Source: an uncultured Anaerolineales bacterium | GTDB taxonomy: Bacteria > Chloroflexota > Anaerolineae > B4-G1 | Assembly (NCBI GenBank): GCA_964530325.1 | Contig: CAZHAX010000015.1 | Location: 516 to 64,515, forward strand | Reading direction: 5' to 3' | Length of the DNA: 64,000 bases | In this document: one piece after another, positions 9,022 to 17,912 of the stretch | Numbering within the stretch: the stretch's first letter is position 1 | Layout: the number at the start of each line of letters is the position of its first letter | Program-made: the position numbers and the translations under genes | Notes under the pieces: model-generated | What the model was told of the DNA's origin: nothing | The model's input: only the letters and a program-made list of their open reading frames with translations | Databases searched by the model: none

Positions 9022-10175
9022 TGAAGGGCACCCCTTTCGCCGAGAGCGCTGCGGTAGGCACGCGCCGTTTCACGCGCGGAGCGCAGCCAGGAGAACTGAG
9101 CGGCGTGCCTGAGGCCTCGCCAGCGCAGGTCCTGCCGCAGCGATTCGTCGGCCAGCAGCCGGTTGAGGCCCTCTGCAATCGCCTCGACGTCGGTTGGCTC
9201 GATAAGCAGCGCTGCGTCTCCTGCAGCCTCCGGCAGCGAGGACACGTTTGATGTCAATACCGCCGTGCCGCACGCCTGGGCCTCCAGAACCGGCAGGCCG
9301 AATCCCTCGTAGAGCGACGGATAGGCAAGCAGCGCGGCAGCGTTGTACCACAGGGGCAGTTCGCCGTTGCTGGCGTAGCCGTGGAGAACGATCTCTTCAC
9401 CCATCCCCAGCTGCTCGATTCTGCGCAGCAGCTCGTCGCAGAGCCAGCCCCTTGCGCCGACCAGAATCAGCTTCACGCCAGTACACCGTGTCCTTGAGAA
9501 GGCCTCAACCAGCCTGATCAGGTTCTTGCGAGGCTCGAGCGTACCCACGTGGAGCACGAATCGCTCCGGCAGGCCCTTCTCTTCGCGGAAGGCCGCCACC
9601 TCATCCGCCGGAAGCGGCTCGAAATGAGAATCCACGCCATGGTAGATGACGTCCATCTTCTCCCCCGGGGCGCCCAGGAGGAGCCTGCACTCTTCGGCCG
9701 CGTGGGCAGATACGGCGATGAGCCGTCTGGCCCTCTGAACAGAGAGCCGCGTCATGACGTTAAGGTAGATCCGATTTGCCGGACGGAACAGGCGAGGGTA
9801 GCGCAGGAAGCTCAGATCGTGAATGGTGACCACGAAAGGGCATCCTGCTGCGACCGGCCCGACGAAGGCCGGCCCGTGAACCAGGTCGGCTCCAATTCGG
9901 CGCAGTACCGATGGCTGCGCGATCTGCTCCCAAGCCACGCGGACGGCCGGTCGGCTCGTCTGCCAGCGCGACTCCACTCGCCTGGCGGGCGTATCGAGCG
10001 GCGGGGCCCCGGCTCCCACCAGCACGCTGTAGCGCAGCCCTTCGTCCCCGTCCACCAGGTGGCGCAGCAAGTGCACCATGTACTGGTAGACGCCGGCGCT
10101 GCGGTACGTTGGCCGGCCAGAAAGGAGGTGCGCATTGACGACGACGTGGGGCCCGTCTGCTGCCTTCACCCCCAT
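9018..10175 (-). CDS. Glycosyltransferase family 4 (GT1/GT4 fold)
   Basis: EGFGLPVLEAQACGTAVLTSNVSSLPE matches the GT4 EX7E-region signature. Start placed at internal Met MGVKAADGPHVVVNAHLL. Its stop overlaps the start of the sugar transferase (ATGA), which indicates translational coupling. Confidence 0.85.
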   Translation of the reverse strand: MGVKAADGPHVVVNAHLLSGRPTYRSAGVYQYMVHLLRHLVDGDEGLRYSVLVGAGAPPLDTPARRVESRWQTSRPAVRVAWEQIAQPSVLRRIGADLVHGPAFVGPVAAGCPFVVTIHDLSFLRYPRLFRPANRIYLNVMTRLSVQRARRLIAVSAHAAEECRLLLGAPGEKMDVIYHGVDSHFEPLPADEVAAFREEKGLPERFVLHVGTLEPRKNLIRLVEAFSRTRCTGVKLILVGARGWLCDELLRRIEQLGMGEEIVLHGYASNGELPLWYNAAALLAYPSLYEGFGLPVLEAQACGTAVLTSNVSSLPEAAGDAALLIEPTDVEAIAEGLNRLLADESLRQDLRWRGLRHAAQFSWLRSARETARAYRSALGERGALQ

Positions 10176-10426
10176 GGCGCAGCGATTATAGCACAGTGGC
10201 GAGAAGCAAGCCAGCGCTGGGCACCGGGGAGGATTGACCCCCGAGGCGCCGAGAGGGCAGGGGAAGAACGCCCTGCCCGAGATGACCAAGGCGCATGCCT
10301 GGCCGACCTGGAGTCACGTCGCAAAGGGCCTGTTGGCCCGGCAGGTGCTTGAGCGCGCGTCGGGACGTGAAGCCGATGCCTTGACTCCCCAAGGCCCCTG
10401 CTGTATCATTCTGGCCTGCGCCTGAG

Positions 10427-12829
10427 GTGCAGGAGCGGGAATCCCCTATGCAGACCAGACAGCGCCGTTGGCTAGCCAACCTTGTTCTCCCACTGCTCGT
10501 CTTCTCCGGCGTGTTCCTGCTCTATGCGGCAACTGCGGCGCCGGCGACCCTGTTCGGCGATCCCTCTGAGTACCAGTTCGTCCCCGCCATCCTGGGCATC
10601 TCCCATCCCCCTGGATACGCATTCTACACGCTACTGGCGAAGCTCTGGCAGTTGCTCGTCCCTCTTGGCACCGTCGCCTATCGGACCAACAGGCTGGCCT
10701 GCGCCGCCGGGGCCTGGACAGCGACGATGGTCTACTCGATCGTCGTTGAGTGTGCGCTGGCGAGCGGTTCCGCAGATCGCCCCTCACGAAAAGCGGGATT
10801 GGGCGCTCTGTTTGCGGCGCTGGCGCTGGCGACCGCTGCCGACATGTGGCAGCACTCGATCCACGCCAACGCGCACGTAGTGAGCGCAGCCCTCGTGGCC
10901 ACCCACGTGTGGCTGCTGGCCCGCTGGCGCCGCACCGGGCGCGAACGCTGGCTGGCTGCATTCGCTTTCACCCTCGGCCTGGCCGCGGTCCACCATCCGA
11001 TCACGCTGATGGGCGTTCCTGGCTATGCAGCTTTCGTCCTCGTCGTGCGGCCTCGCGTACGCCGTGACTGGCGGCTTCTGGTGCTGCTCGCTGCCTGCCT
11101 GCTGTTAGGCCTGACGCCGTTTCTCTACCTTCCACTGCGCGGCCCTGAGGCGCCGTTCAACCCGCTCAGCGGATGGGAGAGCGTATGGACGCACTTCACC
11201 GCCCGAGGGCTGCGTGTCAACCTGTTCCACTTCGGGCTGGCGGACCAACCGGATCGGGCAGTCGTCTTCTGGTCGCTGCTTCGCATCCAGTTCTCCCTGG
11301 CTGCAATTGGACTCATGGCCTGGGGGCTCGTCCGGCTCGCTCGCCGCGACCGGAAGGGTCTCGTTCTGCTGGGCGGTGTGCTGGCCGGCCATCTGATCTT
11401 CACGCTCAACACCGTCCAGGACGTCATGGCCTACCTGCTCGGCCCGTTCAGCGTACTGGCGGCGCTTAGCGGCCTGGGGGTGATCGCTGCGGCGGAGTGG
11501 CTGGGCGGCCGGTCGGAAGGGCCTGAGCGTTTGGTTCGCCGGCGCTGGGTGGCAGCGCTGGGCTGCCTGCTCCTGGCGCTGCCCGCAGTCAAGGCTGCGG
11601 GCAATCTAGGCCGCAGCATCTCGCTGGCCGGATTCGACGAGGCAGAGGAGTACGTCGCTGCTGTCTACGACCGTTTCGCCGGCCGGGGTGAGGGGGCGGT
11701 GCTGCTGTCCGATTGGGAGCACCTGACGCCGCTGTGGGTTCACATGTACACGCAGGGGCAGGAGCTGCCGGAGTCGGACGTCAAGCTGGTCTATGCCAAC
11801 CCGTCCGATCTGTGGGTCGGGCTGGCCATGCAGTACATTGAGGATCATCCGGTCTACGTCATCGGGGAGCCTCCCCTGCTGCGGCAGGCCGGCTTCAGGC
11901 TGCTGCCCGACCCGCCCTTCCACCGCGTCGAGACCGCGCCGGCGACAGGGGTCTCGCCCGATCAGCCGCTTGACGTCTGGGTGGACGACCGGCTTCGCAT
12001 TGCCGGATTCGATCTGATGACGACGACCGTTGGCGCAGGAGGCTCGCTTGATCTGGTCCTCTACGGGAGCGTCGACGAGCCGCTGGATGGCATCTGGATG
12101 CCCTATGCGCGGCTGGGGCCGGTCGAAGTGGACTGGACGACCGACAGCCGCGTGCTCACCTACGACTGGCAGCCCGGCGAGATGGTGGCAGAGGAGTACC
12201 GCCTTCCGGTGCCCTTCACCTTGCAGCCGGGACAGTACCCGCTTCTGCTCGGCTACGCCGACAGGACCGGGGGGCGGCCGGAACTGGCCCTCTCCAGCGG
12301 AGGGACGACCGTCCAGCTGGCTATGGTTACAGTCCTACCCAACCCGGACGCTCCGCCGGCCCACTCCTTGGAGGGTGCTCTGGCCAATCTTGAAAACGAG
12401 ATCGGCCTTCTGGCCGCCCGGGTCAGCGCCGGGCTGCTGCCGCGTGGCGCTCCCTGGCAGGAGCCTGTCGTGGTCCGGGCCGGGTGCGATCTCCACGTCA
12501 CGCTGAAGTGGACGGCGTGGGCGGCTCCGGCCGACAGCCGTACGGTCTTCATTCATCTCATCAATGCCGCCGGCCGTCCCGTAGCCGGCCACGACTACAC
12601 CCCACTGGGTGGCTCTGCGCCCACCTACCTCTGGTTCCCGAAGTGGCTGCCCGGCCAGATCTATATTGACCCCTATCGCCTATCCATACCCGCCGAGCTG
12701 CCGGCCGGCGACTACTGGCTGGAGGTGGGCATGTACGGGATGCGTTCCCTCCGCCGCCTGCACGTCGTCGATTCGGCGGGCAACGTAGAGGGCGATCGCT
12801 TCATCTTGGGCCCGGTGCGGGTCGAGTAG
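10427..12829 (+). CDS. DUF2723 (TMEM260/PMT-like) GT-C membrane glycosyltransferase with a large C-terminal soluble domain
   Basis: N-terminal motifs LFGDPSEYQ and GISHPPGYAFYTLL, characteristic of DUF2723. Multiple TM helices. The C-terminal ~300 aa has internal repeats (LRIAGFDL..., TLKWTAW...) homologous to the C-terminal domains of the other GT-C proteins in this window. Confidence 0.75.
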   Translation: MQERESPMQTRQRRWLANLVLPLLVFSGVFLLYAATAAPATLFGDPSEYQFVPAILGISHPPGYAFYTLLAKLWQLLVPLGTVAYRTNRLACAAGAWTATMVYSIVVECALASGSADRPSRKAGLGALFAALALATAADMWQHSIHANAHVVSAALVATHVWLLARWRRTGRERWLAAFAFTLGLAAVHHPITLMGVPGYAAFVLVVRPRVRRDWRLLVLLAACLLLGLTPFLYLPLRGPEAPFNPLSGWESVWTHFTARGLRVNLFHFGLADQPDRAVVFWSLLRIQFSLAAIGLMAWGLVRLARRDRKGLVLLGGVLAGHLIFTLNTVQDVMAYLLGPFSVLAALSGLGVIAAAEWLGGRSEGPERLVRRRWVAALGCLLLALPAVKAAGNLGRSISLAGFDEAEEYVAAVYDRFAGRGEGAVLLSDWEHLTPLWVHMYTQGQELPESDVKLVYANPSDLWVGLAMQYIEDHPVYVIGEPPLLRQAGFRLLPDPPFHRVETAPATGVSPDQPLDVWVDDRLRIAGFDLMTTTVGAGGSLDLVLYGSVDEPLDGIWMPYARLGPVEVDWTTDSRVLTYDWQPGEMVAEEYRLPVPFTLQPGQYPLLLGYADRTGGRPELALSSGGTTVQLAMVTVLPNPDAPPAHSLEGALANLENEIGLLAARVSAGLLPRGAPWQEPVVVRAGCDLHVTLKWTAWAAPADSRTVFIHLINAAGRPVAGHDYTPLGGSAPTYLWFPKWLPGQIYIDPYRLSIPAELPAGDYWLEVGMYGMRSLRRLHVVDSAGNVEGDRFILGPVRVE

Positions 12830-12895
12830 CAGAGGGTGAGGCGCGCATCCGCCGCAGGATCGGTGGAGATCTCTTGGCGCTTGTACTGCCCAAGA

Positions 12896-12924
12896 TTGAC
12901 AAAAGGCGGTCGGTGGTGTATTAT
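12896..12924 (+). promoter_or_regulatory. Consensus sigma70-type promoter TTGACA-17 nt-TATTAT upstream of the bactofilin gene
   Basis: Exact -35 TTGACA, 17-nt spacer and near-consensus -10 TATTAT about 90 bp upstream of the ATG at 13016. This is striking in a ~69% GC genome. Confidence 0.5.
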
Positions 12925-13015
12925 GCCTCCGCTTCGCCGTCTGGGCCGGGCGGGGGTGGCAGCTCGCTTCGGCAGGGGCCCCGCCGGCAGGATCCTACAT
13001 GACTGAGGAGGAACG

Positions 13016-13498
13016 ATGGCACGATCAAAGGATAGGTCGGAGGACAGTGCCGCTTCGGGCTCGTCGTCCGGAATCGAGAGTACGATCGGTCCCAACGCCC
13101 ACTTCCGCGGGGAGATCCAGTCCGATGGGGGCATTCGCGTCAGCGGTGTCTTCGAGGGAGAGATAGACACCACCGGCAATCTGGTGATCGGTGAGGGGGC
13201 GAAGGTCATCGCGGACATCAAGGCGAACAACGTCTCCATCTCGGGAGCGGTGAAGGGGAACGTGAACGCGAACCGCGTCGAGATACTGGAGACCGGCCGC
13301 GTCTGGGGTGATATGATGATCAATTCGCTCCTGCTCAACGAAGGAGCCTATCTTCGCGGCCAGACGACGATGCACGGTGACATAGAGCCGCCGTTGATTG
13401 AGGCGCCCAAGCCTGAAGCGGCATCCGGCTCATCGAAGAAGCCGGCGTCCGGGCCGCCGACGATAGTGGACGTCGAGGCGAAGGACAAGGACAAGTAG
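13016..13498 (+). CDS. Bactofilin (polymer-forming cytoskeletal protein, DUF583/CcmA family)
   Basis: Repetitive beta-helical bactofilin core (GEIQSDGGIRVSGVFEGEIDTTGNLVIGEGAKVIADIKANNVSISGAVKGNVNANRVEI...) flanked by disordered termini. Confidence 0.85.
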   Translation: MARSKDRSEDSAASGSSSGIESTIGPNAHFRGEIQSDGGIRVSGVFEGEIDTTGNLVIGEGAKVIADIKANNVSISGAVKGNVNANRVEILETGRVWGDMMINSLLLNEGAYLRGQTTMHGDIEPPLIEAPKPEAASGSSKKPASGPPTIVDVEAKDKDK

Positions 13499-13606
13499 CG
13501 CCAGCCGTCTAGCTGAGAGCGCCTCGCCGCGGCTGTGCCGGGCGGGGCGCTTTGGCGTCTGGCGTGAGGAATGTGGCACCCTCTCGGCGCTTCGCCAGGG
13601 GCGCCT
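13499..13606. terminator. GC-rich hairpin followed by TTTGG between the convergent bactofilin (+) and USP (-) genes. Putative bidirectional terminator.
   Basis: AGCGCC...GGCGCT stem with a GC-rich interior, then a T-run. Weak T tract. Confidence 0.3.
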
Positions 13607-14449
13607 CTACCGGATCAGAAGAACCGGGCAGTCGACCGAGTCGAGCAGGTCCTGCAGTGTATCAGGCGGCAGCGTGCCCGTGGACATGACCAGAACGCCG
13701 CTGCCCTCAGAGTGGATGGCCTCGGCGAGCCCCGCCAGATATCTGCCGCTCACGGTCCGGAAGCGGGCAAGGAGCTGCCTGGCGGCCAGCCACTCCGCGA
13801 CCTGGCCCTGGAGCTGGCGCACCTCTTGCGCCGTGTCCGCCACCAGCAGTATGGTCATGTAGCCGCCCATCTTCCGCGTCAGATGCGCCGCCATGACCAG
13901 AGCCTGCCTTGCTGCGTCCGAGCCATCGTAGGCCACGACAGTGGGAGGCTTCATGCCGGCATCGCGCTGCAGCACGAGGACGGAGTGCGGAGCCCCGCGG
14001 GTGGCCGCCCGGGCGGTAGAGCCAAGCCGGGCCTGCCGGTCGAGAGGGCGGCTGGCCCGGCCCAGCGTCAGCAGGTCCGCCTCCATGGCGGCGGCCAGCA
14101 CCTCCGGCGCCACTTCGCCCCGCACCACGCGGAATGCCCACTTGATTCGTCTGGCCTCGCAGGCAGCGGAGAGGGCCTGGCGGGCCTGGGTGGCCTGAGC
14201 TCGCAGCTGCCTCTCCAGGCGCTCCCGGTCCAGCCGGCCTGCGCTGGTGAATGGGAAGGAGACCTCCCTGGCACCAGGCAGAACGGCGATCCGCAGCAGC
14301 CTGGCATCTTCGACGAAGATGCCCAGCAGCTCCGAGCCGAGGCCAGCGGCCAGGTCGGCGGCGGCCTCCAGCGCTGCCAGGCTATGCCGAGAGGCATCGA
14401 GCGCCACCAGGATACGGCGTATCTTCAGCTCATTCTGCTGCTCACTCAT
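13607..14449 (-). CDS. Tandem universal stress protein (UspA-domain x2)
   Basis: Two USP domains (ILVALDASRHS...; TVVAYDGSDAARQAL...VLVM...CPVLLIR). 18 bp downstream of the Lon-like gene on the same strand. Confidence 0.85.
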   Translation of the reverse strand: MSEQQNELKIRRILVALDASRHSLAALEAAADLAAGLGSELLGIFVEDARLLRIAVLPGAREVSFPFTSAGRLDRERLERQLRAQATQARQALSAACEARRIKWAFRVVRGEVAPEVLAAAMEADLLTLGRASRPLDRQARLGSTARAATRGAPHSVLVLQRDAGMKPPTVVAYDGSDAARQALVMAAHLTRKMGGYMTILLVADTAQEVRQLQGQVAEWLAARQLLARFRTVSGRYLAGLAEAIHSEGSGVLVMSTGTLPPDTLQDLLDSVDCPVLLIR

Positions 14450-14466
14450 GTCGGCCCTGGCCTCTG

Positions 14467-16917
14467 CTATCCGGCCTCGACTGTCGATCCCCCTTCATCT
14501 TCCCCGGGGCTTTCCTCTTTCTCCCCAGCGTACTCCCGCTGCCTCTCGGCAAGCTCGATCAGCCGGGCTTCCACTCGCTCGTTCACACTGCCATCTGGGA
14601 AGGCGCCGCTCTTGTCTCGCTCGCCGGCCGGCAGCCCCGTAAGAAGCTCCACTGCCTGGTCGACGGTGTCAACGGGGTAGACCTGGAACCGGCCATCCTT
14701 CACGGCCTGCACCACGTCGTCGCGGAGCATGAGATGCCTCTTGTTCGCTGCGGGGATTACCACGCCCTGATCGCCAGTCAGCCCGCGCGTCGCGCAGACA
14801 TCGAAGAAGCCCTCTACCTTCTCGTTTACGGCGCCGATAGGCTGAACGTAGCCATGCTGATTGACAGAACCCGTAACTGCCAGAGACTGCCGCACCGGCA
14901 TCTGGCCAAGCTCGGAGAGAAGGGCCGCCAGCTCCGCCAGCGAAGCGCTGTCCCCCTCGATCCCGCCGTAAGACTGCTCGAAGACGAGGCTCGCAGAAAG
15001 AGAGAGGGGATAGCGTCGGGCGTAGCGGGCGCCCAGGAAGCTGGAGAGGATGAGCACGCCCTTGGAGTGGATCGGTCCTCCCAGCTCTACCTCGCGCTCG
15101 ACATCGACGACCTCGCCCTTGCCCAGGCGAGCGCGCGCGGTTATGCGGTTGGGACGGCCGAAGGTGAATCCGCCGAGGCTGAGCACGGACAGGCCGTTCA
15201 CCTGGCCCACGCGCGCGCCCGAGGTATCGACCATTATCGTGCCCTGCTCGATCTGCTCGTGGATGCGCTGCCGCAGCCGGTCTGCGCGGTGGATCTGGGC
15301 GTCAATCGCCCGCTGGACGTCATTGGCGGTTACCGCACCATTGCCGGCCACCTGCGCCCAGTAGTCGGACTCGCGCAGCAGATCGGCAATGCTGAGCAGA
15401 TGGGTGGAGAGCTTGTGCGCGTCCCCCGCCAGGCGGGCGCTGTGCTCGATGATTCGGGCCACCGCCTTCTTGTCGAATGGGCGCAGGTCCTCCCGGCGCG
15501 CTATCGTGGCTATCATGCGCGCATAGAGCAGGTTGTTCTCTGGCCCCTGGTCCAGCTCCTCACTGAAGTCGGCTCCCACTTTGAAGAGCTCGGCGAAATC
15601 CGGGTCGAGCTGGTGCAGCAGGTAGTAGAGCACCCGGTTGCCGATGAGAACGACCTTCACGTCGAGTGGGATCGGCTCAGGTTCCAGCGACACGGTGCTG
15701 ACCAGGCTCAAGGCCTGGCCCAGAGACTCGATCTGCAGTTGCCCGGCGCGCAGGGCGCGCTTGATGCCATCCCAGGCGTATGGCTGCAGAAGCAGCTCCC
15801 GGGCGTCCAGGATCAGGTAGCCGCCGTTGGCCTGGTGGAGCGAGCCGGGCTTGATCAGGTTGAAGTCTGTTACGAGCGCCCCCATCTGGGCGACGTGCTC
15901 GATGCGGCCCACAAGGTTGGTGTAGGTGGCGTGATCCTCGGAGACCACCGGGGCTCCCTTCGATTCGGAATTGTCCACCAGCACGTTCACCTGGTAGCGG
16001 CGGAAGATCGAGGGCCCGGTCAGCGAGCGGGGCAGGGATATGCCAAGGATCTCCTGGCTCTCCTCAGGGGCGCGGAACACGTCGACGTTCTCGATGACGT
16101 CTTGCCGTACCGCCTCCAGGTAGCTCGCCACGTCCTCTATTTCGCCGTACTTCTCTTTCAGCTCGTCGATCAGGTGGCCCACGGCGAACATCCCCACTTC
16201 CCTATCCAGCTTGCGCACCTTGTCCCGGGCTGTCCGCTGCCACTGCCGGACCTGGCGTATCGTCTCCTGCAGTCGATCCTGCAGCTGGCTGATGCCGGTC
16301 TCAGCCCGCGCCCGGTCCTCCTGGGGCAACTGCTGAAACTCCTCGGGGCTGATGATCTCCTCCCCCCGGATCGGGGCGAAGGCCAGGCCTACGGGGGTCC
16401 GGATAAGCGCGATGTCCCGCTCCTTGGCCTGCTCCTGGATGCTGGAGAAGACCTTCTCCTGCTGCTCCTTCAGCTCCTCCTCTATTTCCTGTTTGCGGGT
16501 GCGGTAGTCCTCGCTCTCGAACGCGGCCGGGATGGCGGTGCGAAGCTCCTCGACGAGCCGCTCCATGTCGTCTTTGAGCGCTGTCGCCAAGCCGGCGGGG
16601 AGTCTCAACGCCTTCGGCTTGTGAGGGAGCTCGAAGTTGTTCACGTAGCAGTAGTCAGCTGGGACCGGCTCACCGGCGGCCTTCTGGTCCAGGAACTGCC
16701 GGATCGTCGTTCGCTTGCCCGTGCCGCTGGGACCGAGGGCGAAGAGGTTGTACCCCTCACGCCGGATGCCGATTCCGAACTGGATGGCCTCGACCGCACG
16801 GTCCTGGCCCAGGATCTCGCCCAGGTCCTCGAGACTGTCTGTGGTCTTGAACCTGAACTGGGACGGAGCGCATCTGCGGCGCAATTGCCTGGGTGTGAGG
16901 GGTTTCACCGGTGTCAT
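14467..16917 (-). CDS. Lon-like (LonC-type) protease: AAA-like domain with a long helical insertion, plus a C-terminal Lon proteolytic domain
   Basis: Walker A GPSGTGKRTT. A coiled-coil insertion within the AAA-like module. C-terminal Lon_C-like domain (…TGSVNQHGYVQPIGAVNEKVEGFFDVC...GVVIPAANKRHLMLRDDVV). Start placed at internal ATG (MTPVKPLTPRQL) with AGGAGG 8 nt upstream. Confidence 0.8.
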   Translation of the reverse strand: MTPVKPLTPRQLRRRCAPSQFRFKTTDSLEDLGEILGQDRAVEAIQFGIGIRREGYNLFALGPSGTGKRTTIRQFLDQKAAGEPVPADYCYVNNFELPHKPKALRLPAGLATALKDDMERLVEELRTAIPAAFESEDYRTRKQEIEEELKEQQEKVFSSIQEQAKERDIALIRTPVGLAFAPIRGEEIISPEEFQQLPQEDRARAETGISQLQDRLQETIRQVRQWQRTARDKVRKLDREVGMFAVGHLIDELKEKYGEIEDVASYLEAVRQDVIENVDVFRAPEESQEILGISLPRSLTGPSIFRRYQVNVLVDNSESKGAPVVSEDHATYTNLVGRIEHVAQMGALVTDFNLIKPGSLHQANGGYLILDARELLLQPYAWDGIKRALRAGQLQIESLGQALSLVSTVSLEPEPIPLDVKVVLIGNRVLYYLLHQLDPDFAELFKVGADFSEELDQGPENNLLYARMIATIARREDLRPFDKKAVARIIEHSARLAGDAHKLSTHLLSIADLLRESDYWAQVAGNGAVTANDVQRAIDAQIHRADRLRQRIHEQIEQGTIMVDTSGARVGQVNGLSVLSLGGFTFGRPNRITARARLGKGEVVDVEREVELGGPIHSKGVLILSSFLGARYARRYPLSLSASLVFEQSYGGIEGDSASLAELAALLSELGQMPVRQSLAVTGSVNQHGYVQPIGAVNEKVEGFFDVCATRGLTGDQGVVIPAANKRHLMLRDDVVQAVKDGRFQVYPVDTVDQAVELLTGLPAGERDKSGAFPDGSVNERVEARLIELAERQREYAGEKEESPGEDEGGSTVEAG

Positions 16918-17157
16918 GAAGCGAGCCTCCTGGCTGTACTGCGTAGGGTCGGCACAGCGGTCGTCTACCGATACAGGTCCGTCCACGTCACTGGTGACTG
17001 GCTCCCGCCGCCGGAGCAAGCCGCCCGGTCGACCTCACTGCCCCAGGGGGCGGCAGCGCCAGACGCCACCGGCGGCAGGGTCTAGTATGATGATACCAAA
17101 AAGGGGGTACGAGCGCAATCCTGCTTGCTGCTTCGGCTGGAGGCCGGGGACGGCGGT

Positions 17158-17709
17158 CTACTGGCCCGCGAAGGCCTTCAGCTGTTCAGTTTGCGCGGGT
17201 GTGGGGCGGATGAACGGCCGTGGCCGGCGGATGTTCTCCCACGCCTCGTCAGGCGTCATCCCGGTGCTGACGAAGTAGGCCGCGGCCATAAGAGGAGCCC
17301 TGCCGACACCCGCGCCACAATGGACGTACACGGAGCCGCCACGCCCGATTTCGTCGGCGATGAAGCGGACACCCTGGCGCAGCTGATCAAGTGAGGGAGG
17401 GTGATCGTCCGCCGCCGGGATGTGGAGATAGCGGGACGGGGCTATACCCTTCTCCTGGTCATCGAACTCACTGCGCAGATTGACAACGGCCGTGACCCCT
17501 CTCCCTTGGAGCGTGCGCCATCCACGCTGGCGGTACTGGCCGCCAACATGGAGCTGCGGCGCGATCTGGCTCGAGCGCAGGATGGGCGCGCCAGTAGCGA
17601 TGCGGACGGCGTGGTCAGCAGCCCAGAGAGCCGTCACGCGCAGGCCCTGATTGCGCAGCCGCCACCAGAGAATGCGCAATCCCTTCACCGCTCTGCGAAT
17701 CAGCTTCAT
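17158..17709 (-). CDS. Dual-specificity / protein-tyrosine phosphatase (CX5R family)
   Basis: Active-site loop VHCGAGVGRAP (HCxxGxxR). Confidence 0.8.
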   Translation of the reverse strand: MKLIRRAVKGLRILWWRLRNQGLRVTALWAADHAVRIATGAPILRSSQIAPQLHVGGQYRQRGWRTLQGRGVTAVVNLRSEFDDQEKGIAPSRYLHIPAADDHPPSLDQLRQGVRFIADEIGRGGSVYVHCGAGVGRAPLMAAAYFVSTGMTPDEAWENIRRPRPFIRPTPAQTEQLKAFAGQ

Positions 17710-17912
17710 AGGAGCCGTTGTTCCTGCCTCTGAGTTGACTGCTCCGGCCGCGCTATCGCCCGTCCGCTGGCCAGGCGAAGTCTACCAGAGGAGGCCGTTT
17801 CCATCAAGTCCATTCCCTTGCCCGAATGCAGGCTCTGGGCTACAATTCTACGCCGCGGTGCCCGGGAGGGAGTCCGGTGCCGCCTGGTGGCCACCTGTCA
17901 GAGGAGGGGCTC

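Noticed and set aside
14467-16917. Possibility that the Lon-like protease is BrxL of a BREX defence system
   Set aside because: No PglZ, BrxC, PglX methyltransferase or BrxA/B genes anywhere in the window. The protein pairs with a USP gene instead.
14251-17085. 944-aa ORF on + strand antisense to the Lon-like gene. Similar long antisense ORFs: 3020..4531 (-), 21464..22603 (-), 33063..34352 (+), 34072..35445 (+), 59234..61534 (-), 22650..24161 (+).
   Set aside because: Low-complexity, stop-free antisense frames of well-supported genes, typical of ~70% GC DNA. No recognisable domains.
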